Origin: Candidatus Woesearchaeota archaeon
Lineage (GTDB): Archaea > Nanobdellota > Nanobdellia > Pacearchaeales > GW2011-AR1
Assembly: GCA_964437455.1 (NCBI GenBank)
Contig: CAYTGG010000002.1
Coordinates: 1-51,059, forward strand
DNA: 51,059 bases
Direction of reading: 5' to 3'
Shown: positions 17,932 to 27,052 of the stretch, piece after piece
How the letters are laid out: each line of letters starts with the position of its first letter
Position numbering within the stretch: position 1 is the stretch's first letter
Notes under the pieces: model-generated
What the model was told of the DNA's origin: nothing
The model's database searches: none
Seen by the model: only the letters and a program-made list of their open reading frames with translations
Made by a program: the position numbers and the translations under genes

Positions 17932-18543
17932 ATGGTGGATTCAAGAGCTTATAATTATCTTAAGAAATATTCAGGAAAATATAGCATAGAAAATTTAAAG
18001 AAGAAATTAATTAATTCTGGTTATTCAAGAAAAGTAGTTGATGAGGCGATTGTCGCTTTAAGAAATGATTCTCAGATTAAAAAAAAGCCTATAAAAAAAG
18101 TAGTTGTTTCTAACAAGAAAGTTTTGAATAATAAATCTATTCCACAAAAGACAAATAATCCTCCTATAAAAAATCAATTACAGAAGAAGAAAGAGATTAA
18201 TAAAAAACCTTTAACAAATCAAAAAAAGATTAAATTTAATATAGATACTACAGATAATCAAGGAAAGATTAAAACAAATCGAATCAAAGTTCAATCTAAA
18301 GTTGGAAATAATTCACAGGAAAATAAAGTTCAACATTCAACAGTACAAACAACTCCAGCAAATTCAAAATCAATATTAGAAAATTCAAAACAAAAAAATT
18401 CACAAGTGTCGGAAAAACAAACTTCTCAATCAAATTTAGAACAAAATCCAAAATCAGCTTCTAAATTATGGATTTGGATTATTATAATTATTGGAGTTTT
18501 ATTAATAGGTGGAGGAATAGCTGCATTCTTTTTATTAAAATAA
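17932..18543 (+). CDS. tail-anchored low-complexity protein (small helical N-domain, K/N/Q-rich spacer, C-terminal TM)
   Basis: C-terminus LWIWIIIIIGVLLIGGGIAAFFLL is the single TM; long polar repeat-poor spacer. Confidence 0.6.
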   Translation: MVDSRAYNYLKKYSGKYSIENLKKKLINSGYSRKVVDEAIVALRNDSQIKKKPIKKVVVSNKKVLNNKSIPQKTNNPPIKNQLQKKKEINKKPLTNQKKIKFNIDTTDNQGKIKTNRIKVQSKVGNNSQENKVQHSTVQTTPANSKSILENSKQKNSQVSEKQTSQSNLEQNPKSASKLWIWIIIIIGVLLIGGGIAAFFLLK

Positions 18544-19722
18544 ATACCAAATAATTACTGGAAGTAATAAACAACCCATCATATGAGTTCTTCTTACTCT
18601 TAAACCTATACAATATATTCCTGTAAATGTAGATATTATTAAAATTAATAATCCATAAAAACCTGAAATAAAATACACCAAAATTATTAATACCAGTAAA
18701 GTCGAAAGAGATAGAAAAGTATAATTTACTTTTTCTATTCTAGATGAAAAAAATTTTGCTAAGAAAATTGTTAAGAAAAAAGCAATTATTCCACTAAAGA
18801 TTACTGTTAATAAAATTAAAATTAAGATTTCAGTTGAGATTTTTCCAATTATTTCTTTAATTGCAACAGCTGCTCCGGTTCTTGTTTTTGATATTATATA
18901 AAGAGATACAAAAGAGAAACTCATAACTAGAGTATTAGTGGCACCTAATAGAACAAGGAAACCTTTTTTATCTGTCTTAGAGAGGATATTTCCTATAATC
19001 GCTGCTTGGCCAGAACCTAAACCAGGAAGAAAACTACAGAGTGGAGAAGCAATAGAAGCTCCTAATAATGGTTTTATCATCTTAATTTTTATTTTTGAGA
19101 TTTTCTGTTTAGGAATCTCAATTTTATTTTTTATGCTTAATATCAACATGGAACTTCCAAAAAGACCTGTAAGTAAAGGAAGAAGTGGTTGATTTATAGC
19201 TTCGTTATTTAGAACACACAAACCTAGAAATCCAGTAAGAAGGAAAACAAAAAGAGCTTTATCTTTTTTCTTTTCTAGAGAGATTAATAATATAGAAACT
19301 ATAATTAACAAAAAAAGAATAAAATCTTTAATTATTTCGTAAGTTTTTGAAATGAGAAATATAAAAGGAACACAATAGAAAATGAGAATTAATAGGGCTG
19401 CTAAACTTCCATAGGCAGTTAACATAACCGCCTCATAACCTCTTCCTTTTTTTAGTAATTCATGTCCAGGTAAAACACTTAATTCTGTATCTGTATCAGG
19501 ACAACCTAGAAATACTGAAGGAATAAAATCAATAAATGTATGAGTAATTGCCATAGAAACTATAAAAACTATAAGATATATCGGTTCTATTGAAAAAAAT
19601 AAAGAAGATGAAAGAGAAATCAAGAAAAGTCCTATGAGATTTATATGAATTCCCGGAATTAGGCCTGTGAAGGTGCCTACCAATATGCCGAGTAGAACAG
19701 TGACGATAAGTTCCAATAACAT
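18535..19722 (-). CDS. polytopic membrane protein, TctA/DUF112-like
   Basis: About 10+ TM segments; N-terminus LGILVGTFTGLIPGIHINLIG and later LPGLGSGQAAI resemble the repeated G-x-x-PG-(I/L)G motifs of the DUF112/TctA family. Confidence 0.55.
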   Translation of the reverse strand: MLLELIVTVLLGILVGTFTGLIPGIHINLIGLFLISLSSSLFFSIEPIYLIVFIVSMAITHTFIDFIPSVFLGCPDTDTELSVLPGHELLKKGRGYEAVMLTAYGSLAALLILIFYCVPFIFLISKTYEIIKDFILFLLIIVSILLISLEKKKDKALFVFLLTGFLGLCVLNNEAINQPLLPLLTGLFGSSMLILSIKNKIEIPKQKISKIKIKMIKPLLGASIASPLCSFLPGLGSGQAAIIGNILSKTDKKGFLVLLGATNTLVMSFSFVSLYIISKTRTGAAVAIKEIIGKISTEILILILLTVIFSGIIAFFLTIFLAKFFSSRIEKVNYTFLSLSTLLVLIILVYFISGFYGLLILIISTFTGIYCIGLRVRRTHMMGCLLLPVIIWYLF

Positions 19723-19802
19723 ATGCTTTTTACCCTATTTTTAATTTGGATTCCCGAACTAAAATTTGATTTTGTTACTTTATACAATATTTTGAAATTT
19801 AT

Positions 19803-20468
19803 TTATTTTTGTTTTATTCCTCTCCAATATTCATATATTGGTCCTGACAAAAAACCCCAACAGAATCCCCAAAGTAATTCTTCTAAAGGTGCTCCAAGTA
19901 AAATTATTCCTGTTAAATTTCCCAATTTCCACCAATCTTGAATAATTTCTGGAAATATTAAATTATAAATAAAATAAAAGAGAAGCATCACCCCTGCTAT
20001 TAAAATTCCACTCCAAATAGCATTTTTTAGTAAATCTTTTCTCTTGAAAATAATTATTATTCCTAAACCTAAGAAAATAAATGAACTTACATAAATAGAA
20101 TTAAATTTAAGGATAATATTAAAAATTAAGAGGGAAATTAGCCCAATAAAAAAGAGAATTGCAATTGATTTTGAATTATTTCTTTTAGGTTTTTTTATTT
20201 TTTTAATAAAAAATTCTTCATAAATTATAGCAGCTATACCTCCAATAAAAAACGCAAATAATAAATCTTCTAACCCAAATCCAAAAATTTTAATTAAATA
20301 TTCAGGATGCCAATAATCTCTAAAATAAAATATTTCTGATAAGGGCCCAAGAGGGGCACAAAGTAAACTCATTATTAACATTTCTTTTCTTAAAGGTTTT
20401 CTATATAAATATAGGCCAATCCAGATTATTAAAAAAAATATCAATCCTATTAATGCTCTGTAATCCAT
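19803..20468 (-). CDS. membrane protein, possibly lycopene-cyclase-domain family
   Basis: 7 or so TM segments; two motifs, GLEDLLFAFF and GAPLEELLWGF, resemble the PxE(E/D) motifs of CrtYc/d-type domains; tentative. Confidence 0.4.
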   Translation of the reverse strand: MDYRALIGLIFFLIIWIGLYLYRKPLRKEMLIMSLLCAPLGPLSEIFYFRDYWHPEYLIKIFGFGLEDLLFAFFIGGIAAIIYEEFFIKKIKKPKRNNSKSIAILFFIGLISLLIFNIILKFNSIYVSSFIFLGLGIIIIFKRKDLLKNAIWSGILIAGVMLLFYFIYNLIFPEIIQDWWKLGNLTGIILLGAPLEELLWGFCWGFLSGPIYEYWRGIKQK

Positions 20469-20566
20469 TTTATACTTTTTTTAAGTTTTATTCCTTTAAA
20501 TTATTTTTTAAGTTTTGTTTTATTTTTTGTAGCATTTTTGTAACACTTTTTGTAAAATTGAGAAGT

Positions 20567-20638
20567 TTCCGGAATTAGGCCTGTGAAGGTGCCGATAAGT
20601 GTTCCTATTAATAAAACTAAAATTAATTGTATTAACAT
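20567..20638 (-). pseudogene. relic N-terminal fragment (~24 codons) of a second TctA/DUF112-like gene
   Basis: Translates MLIQLILVLLIGTLIGTFTGLIPE versus MLLELIVTVLLGILVGTFTGLIPG at 19722; 25-nt exact match CCGGAATTAGGCCTGTGAAGGTGCC (20569-20593 = 19653-19677); homology then ends and the frame stops after ~50 codons. Confidence 0.7.
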
Positions 20639-20685
20639 ACTCCTTCTTAGACATAAAAATTTAAATTAATTTATGTAATTTGAAT

Positions 20686-20731
20686 ATAGATATAGAAATC
20701 TTTAACAAATGTTAATATTTATCTTTTATAT
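20686..20731. repeat. left copy of ~45-bp imperfect direct repeat (partner 24731-24777)
   Basis: ATAGATATAGAAATCTTTAACAAATGTTAATATTTATCTTTTATAT versus ATAGATATAGAAATCTTTAATAAATGCTAATCTTTATTTTTTTATAT; first 20 nt identical. Confidence 0.8.
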
Positions 20732-20746
20732 TCCCATCTTCTTTAT

Positions 20747-21709
20747 TTACAACTTCTTTATTGCCTTTGAAATTTTATAATGTTTTTTCAAAAGAAGAAA
20801 GAGAATAATAATTGAAATAAAGATTAGAGGAGATAATATAAATAAGAGAAGATTCTTTTTTTCATAGAATTCCTTTTTTTCAATTTTATTCTTATCTAAA
20901 TAAATCAATTTACTAAGATTTTCATTTGAGTTATTTTGATCATATGTAATCTCCTCATAGTTTGATAAAGAATCTAAAAGAATCCACATCATTCCTTCTT
21001 CATAAATTGAATTTTTATTTTCAGAATTTACTGTTCTTAACCATCTTTGTTTGTTCTTATAATAACCCTGAAAAATTCCAGTAGAATAATCTCCATCTAA
21101 TGCAAGTTTTGGAGAAGCTTCAACTGTTTTTTCATAAATATCTTTATATGATTCAAAAAAAATCTTTTTCCACTCATAACCATCAAAACAGTAACCTCCA
21201 ATTTCATAATTTTGTGGATCTCCAGTATATATTTTAAACTGAAGTTCTTTTTGATTCCAGCAATCTAAAGGGATATTGTATTTAATATGATAAGGTTCTT
21301 TTGAATTGGAATCGTATCCCCACTTTACTTGCCATAGAGATCTATCTATTGCTTTTTCTGGTTTTGAATAGTTAATATAAATTAAACCTTTTGTTCCTTT
21401 TATTTCATAATAATAATTTCCTCTATTTTCTCCTCCACAATAATTTAAAATTTTAGAATCTTCTTGATAGCATCTTTTTTCATTAAGATTTTCATATTCT
21501 TTAAATGATATTTCCTCAAAATTATTTTCTTCATAATTTATTTTTTCTGTTGAGAATTTATCTTCTATATCCTCCATTGAAATTTTCTTTTCTTTTATTA
21601 TAGAAACTGTTCCAACCAAAAAAGGATTATAAGCATCTACAGAAGCAAAAACATTTTCAATTAAGATTATAATTAATATAAATAATATTTTATTCTTCTT
21701 AAATAACAT
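20747..21709 (-). CDS. secreted protein with N-terminal signal peptide and C-terminal TM anchor
   Basis: N-terminus KILFILIIILIENVFA; C-terminus LLLFILSPLIFISIIILFLLL followed by KKHYK; Cys/Tyr/Trp-rich ectodomain; 11-nt overlap with the upstream gene. Confidence 0.7.
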   Translation of the reverse strand: MLFKKNKILFILIIILIENVFASVDAYNPFLVGTVSIIKEKKISMEDIEDKFSTEKINYEENNFEEISFKEYENLNEKRCYQEDSKILNYCGGENRGNYYYEIKGTKGLIYINYSKPEKAIDRSLWQVKWGYDSNSKEPYHIKYNIPLDCWNQKELQFKIYTGDPQNYEIGGYCFDGYEWKKIFFESYKDIYEKTVEASPKLALDGDYSTGIFQGYYKNKQRWLRTVNSENKNSIYEEGMMWILLDSLSNYEEITYDQNNSNENLSKLIYLDKNKIEKKEFYEKKNLLLFILSPLIFISIIILFLLLKKHYKISKAIKKL

Positions 21710-24086
21710 TTTCCTTTCTTCTTTTTATCTCTTTATAGATAATTATAATTAAAATAAGTATTAATATATTTATAACACTCATAACTATAATTTTTGATAA
21801 AATGTCTTTTTTCTCTTCTATTGTTCCTTTAGTTAATTGTAATTTTATATCTTTTATTTTATTTATTAATTTCTCTATTTTTGTTTCTTTTTTTTCTGCT
21901 TTATCTACTTCTGAGTTAATAGTTGATCCCTTGTTCTCATTTCCTGTTTTCTTAGAATTAGAGTTGGAAGTTTCATAATCACAATCTATAATCTGCCTAT
22001 ATTCATAAAAACTTTTATTAGAAATTGTTCCACAGGAATTTATATCATATTGAACTAAACTTCTAGATTGATTTAATTTTTTACTTGAAAGACAGGAAAG
22101 ATTTGACCATTCTGACCAAGAAGTATTCACTAAAAGAGGTATACATGTTTCTTCACCAAAAATTTTCTTTATTGAATTTGCATTTAAATTAATAACATTA
22201 AAATTTTCTGAATGTCCTTTATCATTTATATAAATCCATATAGCTCGATTATTTTGATTTTCTTTTGGAATAGAAATTGAATTAGATATTTGTAAGTTTA
22301 TAAAAGAAGTATTTCTTATATCCCACCATTGTTGATCATCTGAATAAGTATACAACTCACTTGAGTTTTCTCCTCCTACCTCGTTTATTGAATTTACTTT
22401 ATATCTATTATTTATCTTGCTTATTTCTCCTGAATAAAAGGTATGTTCTCCTTTAGAATATGGATTTAGAATTCCTAACAACATTTTTTCTAATTCTGAT
22501 AAAATTGGTTTTAAATTTTCTATTTCTTCATTTAAGATATAGGGTCTTACTTGATTTAAAATTGAATAGATTTCGTAATATCCCTCAGAAGATGTAGGAG
22601 ATTCTTCAGGAGAATAAGTTGAGAAACCTTCTAGATTTGTAAAACTTGCAGGATGATCTTTATAAAATAATTTTTCTTTATAGGGATTAAAAATAAAACT
22701 ATGTGCAAGCTCATGTAATAAGATATTTCTTAATATTTGAGAATTATATTTCTCTAAGCTTGTAATCTCATTTTTATTAGAAAATCCATTTAAATAAATT
22801 TCACTTATTATTCCATCAGAATCATCTTTGTTTCTAGAATTATATGGATTTTGATTATAAAAATAATCTTTTATATCAATTATAACTAATATTGCTGGAG
22901 AAAGAATTCCTAGATTATTAACTGCATATTCTCTTGAATTGATCAAGTATGAAGATATATCCTCTTCAGAACTTAAATATTCTGTTTTAAAAGGAGTTAG
23001 ATATATTGTAAAATTAAGAGGATGCTTGTTTTCTGTTAAATTATCCCATTCATGATTTATACTGCTTGCAAGATAGTCTAACCTGGCTTTTTGATCTACT
23101 GTTAAATTAATGCTGTCATCATTTGCAATAAATGGAATTAAATAAACATTAGGCATTTTACCATAAAAATACTTAATTTCTTCTATAAAAGTAGTATTTG
23201 AAATGTCTATTTGGTAATCTCCTGAATTTTCTTTAATCGATTCAATTTTTGCAGGTTCTTCAGAATAAATAACATTAAAATCAGATAACAATAATTCTCC
23301 AGGGCTATCTGATGATATCTTTATTTTCAAATCACAAGGAAAGATTTCACATTCAGATAAATATTGATTTATTGATAAAACCATTTTAGAATTAGTAATA
23401 GGTTCTGTAAAATTAAAAAAAGGATTATCAGCTTTTCTTGCAAGATGAGAAGAAGTTATTGCTTCTGAAAAATCTAAATTACAACTATCTTCAGAAGAAA
23501 AAGTATGGTCTTCATTGCAATAATATGTTGAGCCTCCTTTTGTAACATAAAATCCCGCGAATAAATGATTCTCTAAATAAGGTAAAAATGCATGAATTGT
23601 TTTTTCTTCTGATGTGATTGATATTATTTGAGAATTTATTATTTCTGCAGTGTTTGTTATACCTAAATTGCCTTTTAATTCATTAGAATAAATCTTTACT
23701 TCATTATTCTTTAAATATGCGAGTCCAGTTCCATATGAATCTTTTGACATAGAGCTTCTAATATAAATTTCAGCAGAATTTGGATTTGTTGACCAAGCAT
23801 CTAAAATCTTTGTTATTTCTTCTTTTTCTTCTGAAAAATAGGAAAAATAGCTCCAATCGATTTCAGAATCATCGCATATATCTATTGAAATATTACTTGG
23901 ATAAGAGTCTTCAAAAGGAAGTCCTGTTAAATTAAATGAGAAATAATCAACTTTTTCAAAATTTAGGGGAATCTCTATATATTTGGTTTCTTTTGAATTA
24001 AAAGTTATACTTAGATCTGGAAGAGCACTTATTTCCTGAAAAAGTAAGAACAACAATATCAACAAAAAATAAATTTTTTTTTCCAT
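21699..24086 (-). CDS. large surface-anchored protein with zincin HExxH motif (putative metalloprotease)
   Basis: Signal peptide KIYFLLILLFLLFQEISA; ILLHELAHSF (HExxH) near residue 470; C-terminal TM VMSVINILILILIIIIY plus basic tail. Confidence 0.65.
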   Translation of the reverse strand: MEKKIYFLLILLFLLFQEISALPDLSITFNSKETKYIEIPLNFEKVDYFSFNLTGLPFEDSYPSNISIDICDDSEIDWSYFSYFSEEKEEITKILDAWSTNPNSAEIYIRSSMSKDSYGTGLAYLKNNEVKIYSNELKGNLGITNTAEIINSQIISITSEEKTIHAFLPYLENHLFAGFYVTKGGSTYYCNEDHTFSSEDSCNLDFSEAITSSHLARKADNPFFNFTEPITNSKMVLSINQYLSECEIFPCDLKIKISSDSPGELLLSDFNVIYSEEPAKIESIKENSGDYQIDISNTTFIEEIKYFYGKMPNVYLIPFIANDDSINLTVDQKARLDYLASSINHEWDNLTENKHPLNFTIYLTPFKTEYLSSEEDISSYLINSREYAVNNLGILSPAILVIIDIKDYFYNQNPYNSRNKDDSDGIISEIYLNGFSNKNEITSLEKYNSQILRNILLHELAHSFIFNPYKEKLFYKDHPASFTNLEGFSTYSPEESPTSSEGYYEIYSILNQVRPYILNEEIENLKPILSELEKMLLGILNPYSKGEHTFYSGEISKINNRYKVNSINEVGGENSSELYTYSDDQQWWDIRNTSFINLQISNSISIPKENQNNRAIWIYINDKGHSENFNVINLNANSIKKIFGEETCIPLLVNTSWSEWSNLSCLSSKKLNQSRSLVQYDINSCGTISNKSFYEYRQIIDCDYETSNSNSKKTGNENKGSTINSEVDKAEKKETKIEKLINKIKDIKLQLTKGTIEEKKDILSKIIVMSVINILILILIIIIYKEIKRRKENVI

Positions 24087-24137
24087 TTAATTTTGATTAT
24101 AGAAAAATTTATATACCTTTTTAAAGCCTCTTTTAAG

Positions 24138-24710
24138 ATGGAGATTAATGAAGATAGAAGGAAATTCTTGATAAAATCAGGAAAAATCTTAGGAGGATTG
24201 TTCTTATCTTCTTCATTAAATTTAATTTATCCTAAAAAAGCATTTCCCAATGATTCAATCTTTTTATCTTGGTTTTACAAAGATGTAGATGGAGAAAACT
24301 ACTTTTATAGAATATTTTTTAAAGATAACTTTGGTTCAGGAGTTTTACCTAGTGAAAAGATATATCATGATGAGTATTGTTTTTGGGAGTATCCTGATAA
24401 TGAGTATAGTCATATTTGTGAAGTAAGATTTGATTATCCTTTTTCTAAGAATTTGGTTTATGAATTTTGGACAAAGGCTTATAATGATAATTGTGTTGGT
24501 TCTGCTGATTCAAATCATGTTTCAGCTGAGTGCTCTTCAGGATATTGGAAAGAATATTCTTCTACAGGAGGAGGAGGTAGAACTCCTACAGGAGGAGGTT
24601 CAAGAAGTTTTAATAAAAATAATATAGAGAATTTTTTAGCATTAAAATTAGAAAATTCTAATAAAACAAATTGCTTAAAATCTGTTGGAATAGATAGATT
24701 CTTTTCTTAA
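24138..24710 (+). CDS. secreted protein with twin-arginine (Tat)-like signal
   Basis: ATG 24138 gives MEINEDRRKFLIKSGKILGGLFLSSSLN (RRxFL + h-region); the track start at 24093 is a TTG; Gly-rich GGGGRTPTGGGSR near the C-terminus. Confidence 0.6.
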   Translation: MEINEDRRKFLIKSGKILGGLFLSSSLNLIYPKKAFPNDSIFLSWFYKDVDGENYFYRIFFKDNFGSGVLPSEKIYHDEYCFWEYPDNEYSHICEVRFDYPFSKNLVYEFWTKAYNDNCVGSADSNHVSAECSSGYWKEYSSTGGGGRTPTGGGSRSFNKNNIENFLALKLENSNKTNCLKSVGIDRFFS

Positions 24711-24730
24711 TTAAATTATCTAATATAAAA

Positions 24731-24777
24731 ATAGATATAGAAATCTTTAATAAATGCTAATCTTTATTTTTTTATAT
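24731..24777. repeat. right copy of ~45-bp imperfect direct repeat (partner 20686-20731), ending in the tyrS start codon
   Basis: See the left copy; this copy runs into ATG 24776. Confidence 0.8.
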
Positions 24778-25834
24778 GAATATTGAAGAAAAGATTAAAT
24801 TACTAAGAGAGGTTGGAGAAGAGATAATTGGAGAAGAAGAACTGAGGAAAATTCTATCTGAAAAAAATGTTATAGCTTACGATGGTTTTGAGCCTTCAGG
24901 AAAAATACATATTGCTCAAGGATTATTAAGGACAATTAATATAAATAAAGTTCTAAAAACAGGAATTAAATTTAAAATGTTAGTTGCTGATTGGCACGCT
25001 TGGGCAAATAATAAGATGGGAGGAGATTTAGAAAAAATTCAAACGGTAGGTAAATATTTTATAGAAGTTTGGAAAGCCTGTGGAATGGATGTTAACAAAG
25101 TTGAATTTGTATGGGCTTCTGATTTACTGAATAATAGAGAATATTGGAAAACAGTCATGCAGGTTGCTAGAGCTTCTACAATCAAAAGAATTTTAAGATG
25201 TGGACAGATAATGGGAAGAAAAGAAGGAGAAGTTTTACAAGCATCTCAAATTCTTTATCCTTGCATGCAAACAGCAGATATTTTTCATCTTGGAGCAAAA
25301 ATTACTCAATTAGGAATGGACCAAAGAAAAGTTAATGTTTTAGCAAGAGAGATCGGAGAGAAAATTGGATTTTGGAAACCAGTAATAATAAGCCATCATA
25401 TGCTTAGTGGATTAACTCCTCCTAAAGGAGATCTTCAAGGAATTGAAAAAACAATTGAGCAAAAAATGTCTAAATCAAATCCTGCTTCTTCTATTTTTAT
25501 GACAGACTCGGAAGATGAAGTCAACGAAAAATTTAGAAAAGCTTATTGTCCTTTAGGGCAAATTAAAGATAATCCCATTTTAGAATATTGTAAATATATA
25601 ATCTTTGAAAAAGTAAATAAATTTGTAATTGAAAGAGAGAAAAAATTTGGAGGAGAAATATCTTTTAAAACTTATTCTGAATTAGAAAAAGCATTTAGAA
25701 AAAAAGAGATTCATCCTCTTGATTTAAAGAAAGCATCTGCTAGATATATTAATGAACTGTTAGAACCTATTAGAAAACATTTTATAGAAGATAAAAAAGC
25801 TAAAGAACTTTTAAAGAGAGTTGAGAGTTTTTAG
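24776..25834 (+). CDS. tyrS: tyrosyl-tRNA synthetase (archaeal/eukaryotic type)
   Basis: AYDGFEPSGKIHIAQGL (HIGH-equivalent), LVADWHAW, KMSKS; length and N-terminal EEELRKIL are typical of archaeal TyrRS. Confidence 0.8.
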   Translation: MNIEEKIKLLREVGEEIIGEEELRKILSEKNVIAYDGFEPSGKIHIAQGLLRTININKVLKTGIKFKMLVADWHAWANNKMGGDLEKIQTVGKYFIEVWKACGMDVNKVEFVWASDLLNNREYWKTVMQVARASTIKRILRCGQIMGRKEGEVLQASQILYPCMQTADIFHLGAKITQLGMDQRKVNVLAREIGEKIGFWKPVIISHHMLSGLTPPKGDLQGIEKTIEQKMSKSNPASSIFMTDSEDEVNEKFRKAYCPLGQIKDNPILEYCKYIIFEKVNKFVIEREKKFGGEISFKTYSELEKAFRKKEIHPLDLKKASARYINELLEPIRKHFIEDKKAKELLKRVESF

Positions 25835-25843
25835 GAGAAAATT

Positions 25844-26110
25844 ATGTCCTTAAATAGGTATAAAAATAAAAAAGGTAGAAAAAAAAGATTTACTAAACAA
25901 TTTAAAGAGAATTTAAGAATAGGACTTGCAGCTGCAGTTGGTTTCACAGTTGCTTTTGCTTGGAGAGAACCTCTTATTTTATTTTCTAATGATCTTGTAG
26001 AATTAGTTGCTAAAACCACTCTTCCTTATTCAATTAGTATAATCTCAGCATTTTTAATAACTTTTTTTGGAGTTTTATTTTTATGGATTCTTTCAAGATA
26101 TTTAAAATAG
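25844..26110 (+). CDS. small 2-TM membrane protein, paralog of 7578..7856
   Basis: KKRFTKQFKENLRIGLAAAVGFTVAFAWRE...ILSRYLK; GGAG 8 nt upstream. Confidence 0.65.
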   Translation: MSLNRYKNKKGRKKRFTKQFKENLRIGLAAAVGFTVAFAWREPLILFSNDLVELVAKTTLPYSISIISAFLITFFGVLFLWILSRYLK

Positions 26111-27019
26111 TCATTTAGTCTTAAATTCAATAGTATCTAAATCCTTTAATTTATGCTTTAATCCTACTTTTTGTCCGGGAAATTTAGAACTTGGGCCCCA
26201 AATTCTTGTGTATTCTACTTTCTCTGAGAATCTTTTCAAAATTTTCTCTGCAACATCCTTTATAGTAGAATCTGGAAGAAGAATAATTGGTTTAGGAGAT
26301 TTTTCTTTATGTGGTTCTTTAGTATACACTCTTATTTTATTAAAACTTTGAAAGATTTTATTTTTTAATTCTTCAATTTTCTCATTACTTTTTGAATCTA
26401 GTATAATAAAATTATATTTTTTACTTTGTAGAGTCGCAGAAATTTTTCTTAATAAATTCTTGTCTAGATTAGATTTATTATTAAAAATAATAATCTTTTT
26501 TCCCTTTACCTTTTTTAAATTGTTTTCAATCTCATTTAAATATTCTAAATTATCTAAAATTATTAAAATAGTATCTGCAGTGTTTACTAAACTTTTATCA
26601 TAATATTCAGACTCCACTGCAGGAATTTCTATTAATTGAATTTTTACTTTCTCAAAGAATAAAGTTCCTAAAATTGGTCTTTTTGTTGTGAATTTATATT
26701 CTTTAATTTCTGGTTCTGCATTAGTAAGAAGTTTTAGAATAGAAGATTTTCCAGAATTTGTTTTTCCTATTATCACTGCTTGCATATCTTCTTTTTTTAT
26801 TCCTCCAGAAACTCTTTTTACTGATTTTTTAGATTTTTCTAATTGTTTTAATAATCTCTTTAATCTTGTTCTTAATTGTACTCTTAAATTTTCAGCTCCT
26901 TTATGTTTTGGAACATAAGAAATCATTTTTTCTAAAGCCTTTATTTTTTCTTCTAATGTTTCAGCTTTATTATATTCTTTTTCTGAATTAAGATAATCTG
27001 GATGGGCATTTATGGGCAT
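26111..27019 (-). CDS. DRG/Rbg-type GTP-binding protein with C-terminal TGS domain (G3/G4 motifs divergent)
   Basis: HKGAENLRVQLRTRLKRL N-helix, G1 IIGKTNSGKSS, FTT..P..G, TGS IRVYTKEP...VEYTRIWGPSSKFPGQKVGLKHKLKDLDTIEF; the expected DxPG is EIPA. Confidence 0.75.
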   Translation of the reverse strand: MPINAHPDYLNSEKEYNKAETLEEKIKALEKMISYVPKHKGAENLRVQLRTRLKRLLKQLEKSKKSVKRVSGGIKKEDMQAVIIGKTNSGKSSILKLLTNAEPEIKEYKFTTKRPILGTLFFEKVKIQLIEIPAVESEYYDKSLVNTADTILIILDNLEYLNEIENNLKKVKGKKIIIFNNKSNLDKNLLRKISATLQSKKYNFIILDSKSNEKIEELKNKIFQSFNKIRVYTKEPHKEKSPKPIILLPDSTIKDVAEKILKRFSEKVEYTRIWGPSSKFPGQKVGLKHKLKDLDTIEFKTK

Positions 27020-27052
27020 AATCTTTTAAGTTTATAGAATATTATAAATCTA

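Noticed and set aside
18938-19192. 84-aa plus-strand ORF inside the TctA-like gene; likewise 19723..19941, 24430..24627, 25831..26019, 26688..26918, 32731..32913, 34413..34637, 48885..49130, 50473..50673, 2563..2769, 4058..4264, 6905..7117, 9808..10116, 10610..10795
   Set aside because: All overlap better-supported genes on the other strand or frame, and their compositions are typical of out-of-frame AT-rich translation.
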